The notes below the pieces were generated by a model. The model ran no database searches and was not told the DNA's origin. It saw nothing but the letters and a program-made list of their open reading frames with translations. This document shows, piece after piece, positions 40,551 to 40,626 of a stretch of DNA of 40,626 nt. The DNA lies in the IMG/VR virus record IMGVR_UViG_2885676553_000001, positions 1-40,626 of that record. The stretch is one strand, 5' to 3'. The translations under genes were made by a program, and so were the position numbers. Source of the DNA: a virus. The first letter of the stretch is position 1. Each line of letters opens with the position of its first letter.

Positions 40551-40626
40551 AAAACACTGGAATGCCTTGATATCAGGCTTTCCAGTGTTCTAACGAAATC
40601 AATAAAGTTCTAAAAATGGAGGTGAG
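40551..40626 (+). repeat. Right copy of the 76-bp direct repeat
   Basis: Identical to 1-76 and starts 55 bp after the integrase stop. On the minus strand the hairpin is followed by a T-rich run (revcomp of 40530-40552), which looks like an intrinsic terminator. Confidence 0.9.

Larger units (their letters stand above)
1..40626. mobile_element. Complete temperate siphovirus-like prophage, or circularly closed phage genome
   Basis: Full module order is present: integrase, cI/cro, replication, ArpU, HNH/terminase, head, tail, lysis. The element is bounded by identical 76-bp sequences at both window ends. Confidence 0.9.

Overview
The window is one complete temperate siphovirus-like prophage, or a circularly closed phage genome. 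Its style looks Lactobacillaceae-like, but that attribution and all protein-family calls come from reading the translations and from memory of family motifs; no search was run. Identical 76-bp sequences sit at both ends (1-76 = 40551-40626). They are flanked on the phage side by phased GTGTACC repeats next to a tyrosine integrase.

Gene order from right to left:
- integrase
- accessory cassette
- cI/Cro switch with readable promoters and operators
- antirepressor
- recombination and replication genes (DUF1351-like, Sak4-like ATPase, SSB-like, replisome organizer containing 11-bp iterons, DnaB-like helicase)
- many tiny ORFs
- ArpU-like regulator
- a 2.3-kb accessory island
- HNH, TerS (P27-type), TerL, portal, ClpP-like protease, major capsid
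- connectors, major tail protein, chaperone, tape measure, Dit, Tal
- holin and endolysin
- an Abi gene

Four regions look most worth follow-up:
1. A cI-linked orphan hsdS followed by a zinc-ribbon/HEPN-motif gene, with no hsdM or hsdR anywhere in the window.
2. An AT-rich 333-aa gene whose C-terminus resembles NDT/TIR-like Rossmannoid effectors. It is preceded by about 640 nt of ORF-free, GC-rich, highly structured sequence. That sequence contains an aberrant tRNA-like gene, an anticodon-arm-less tRNA-like minihelix, a pseudoknot-capable core, and a hairpin that sequesters the gene's Shine-Dalgarno.
3. An Abi_2 (AbiD/F-like, HEPN) gene between the endolysin and the att repeat.
4. Plus-strand morons embedded in the minus-strand early operon.
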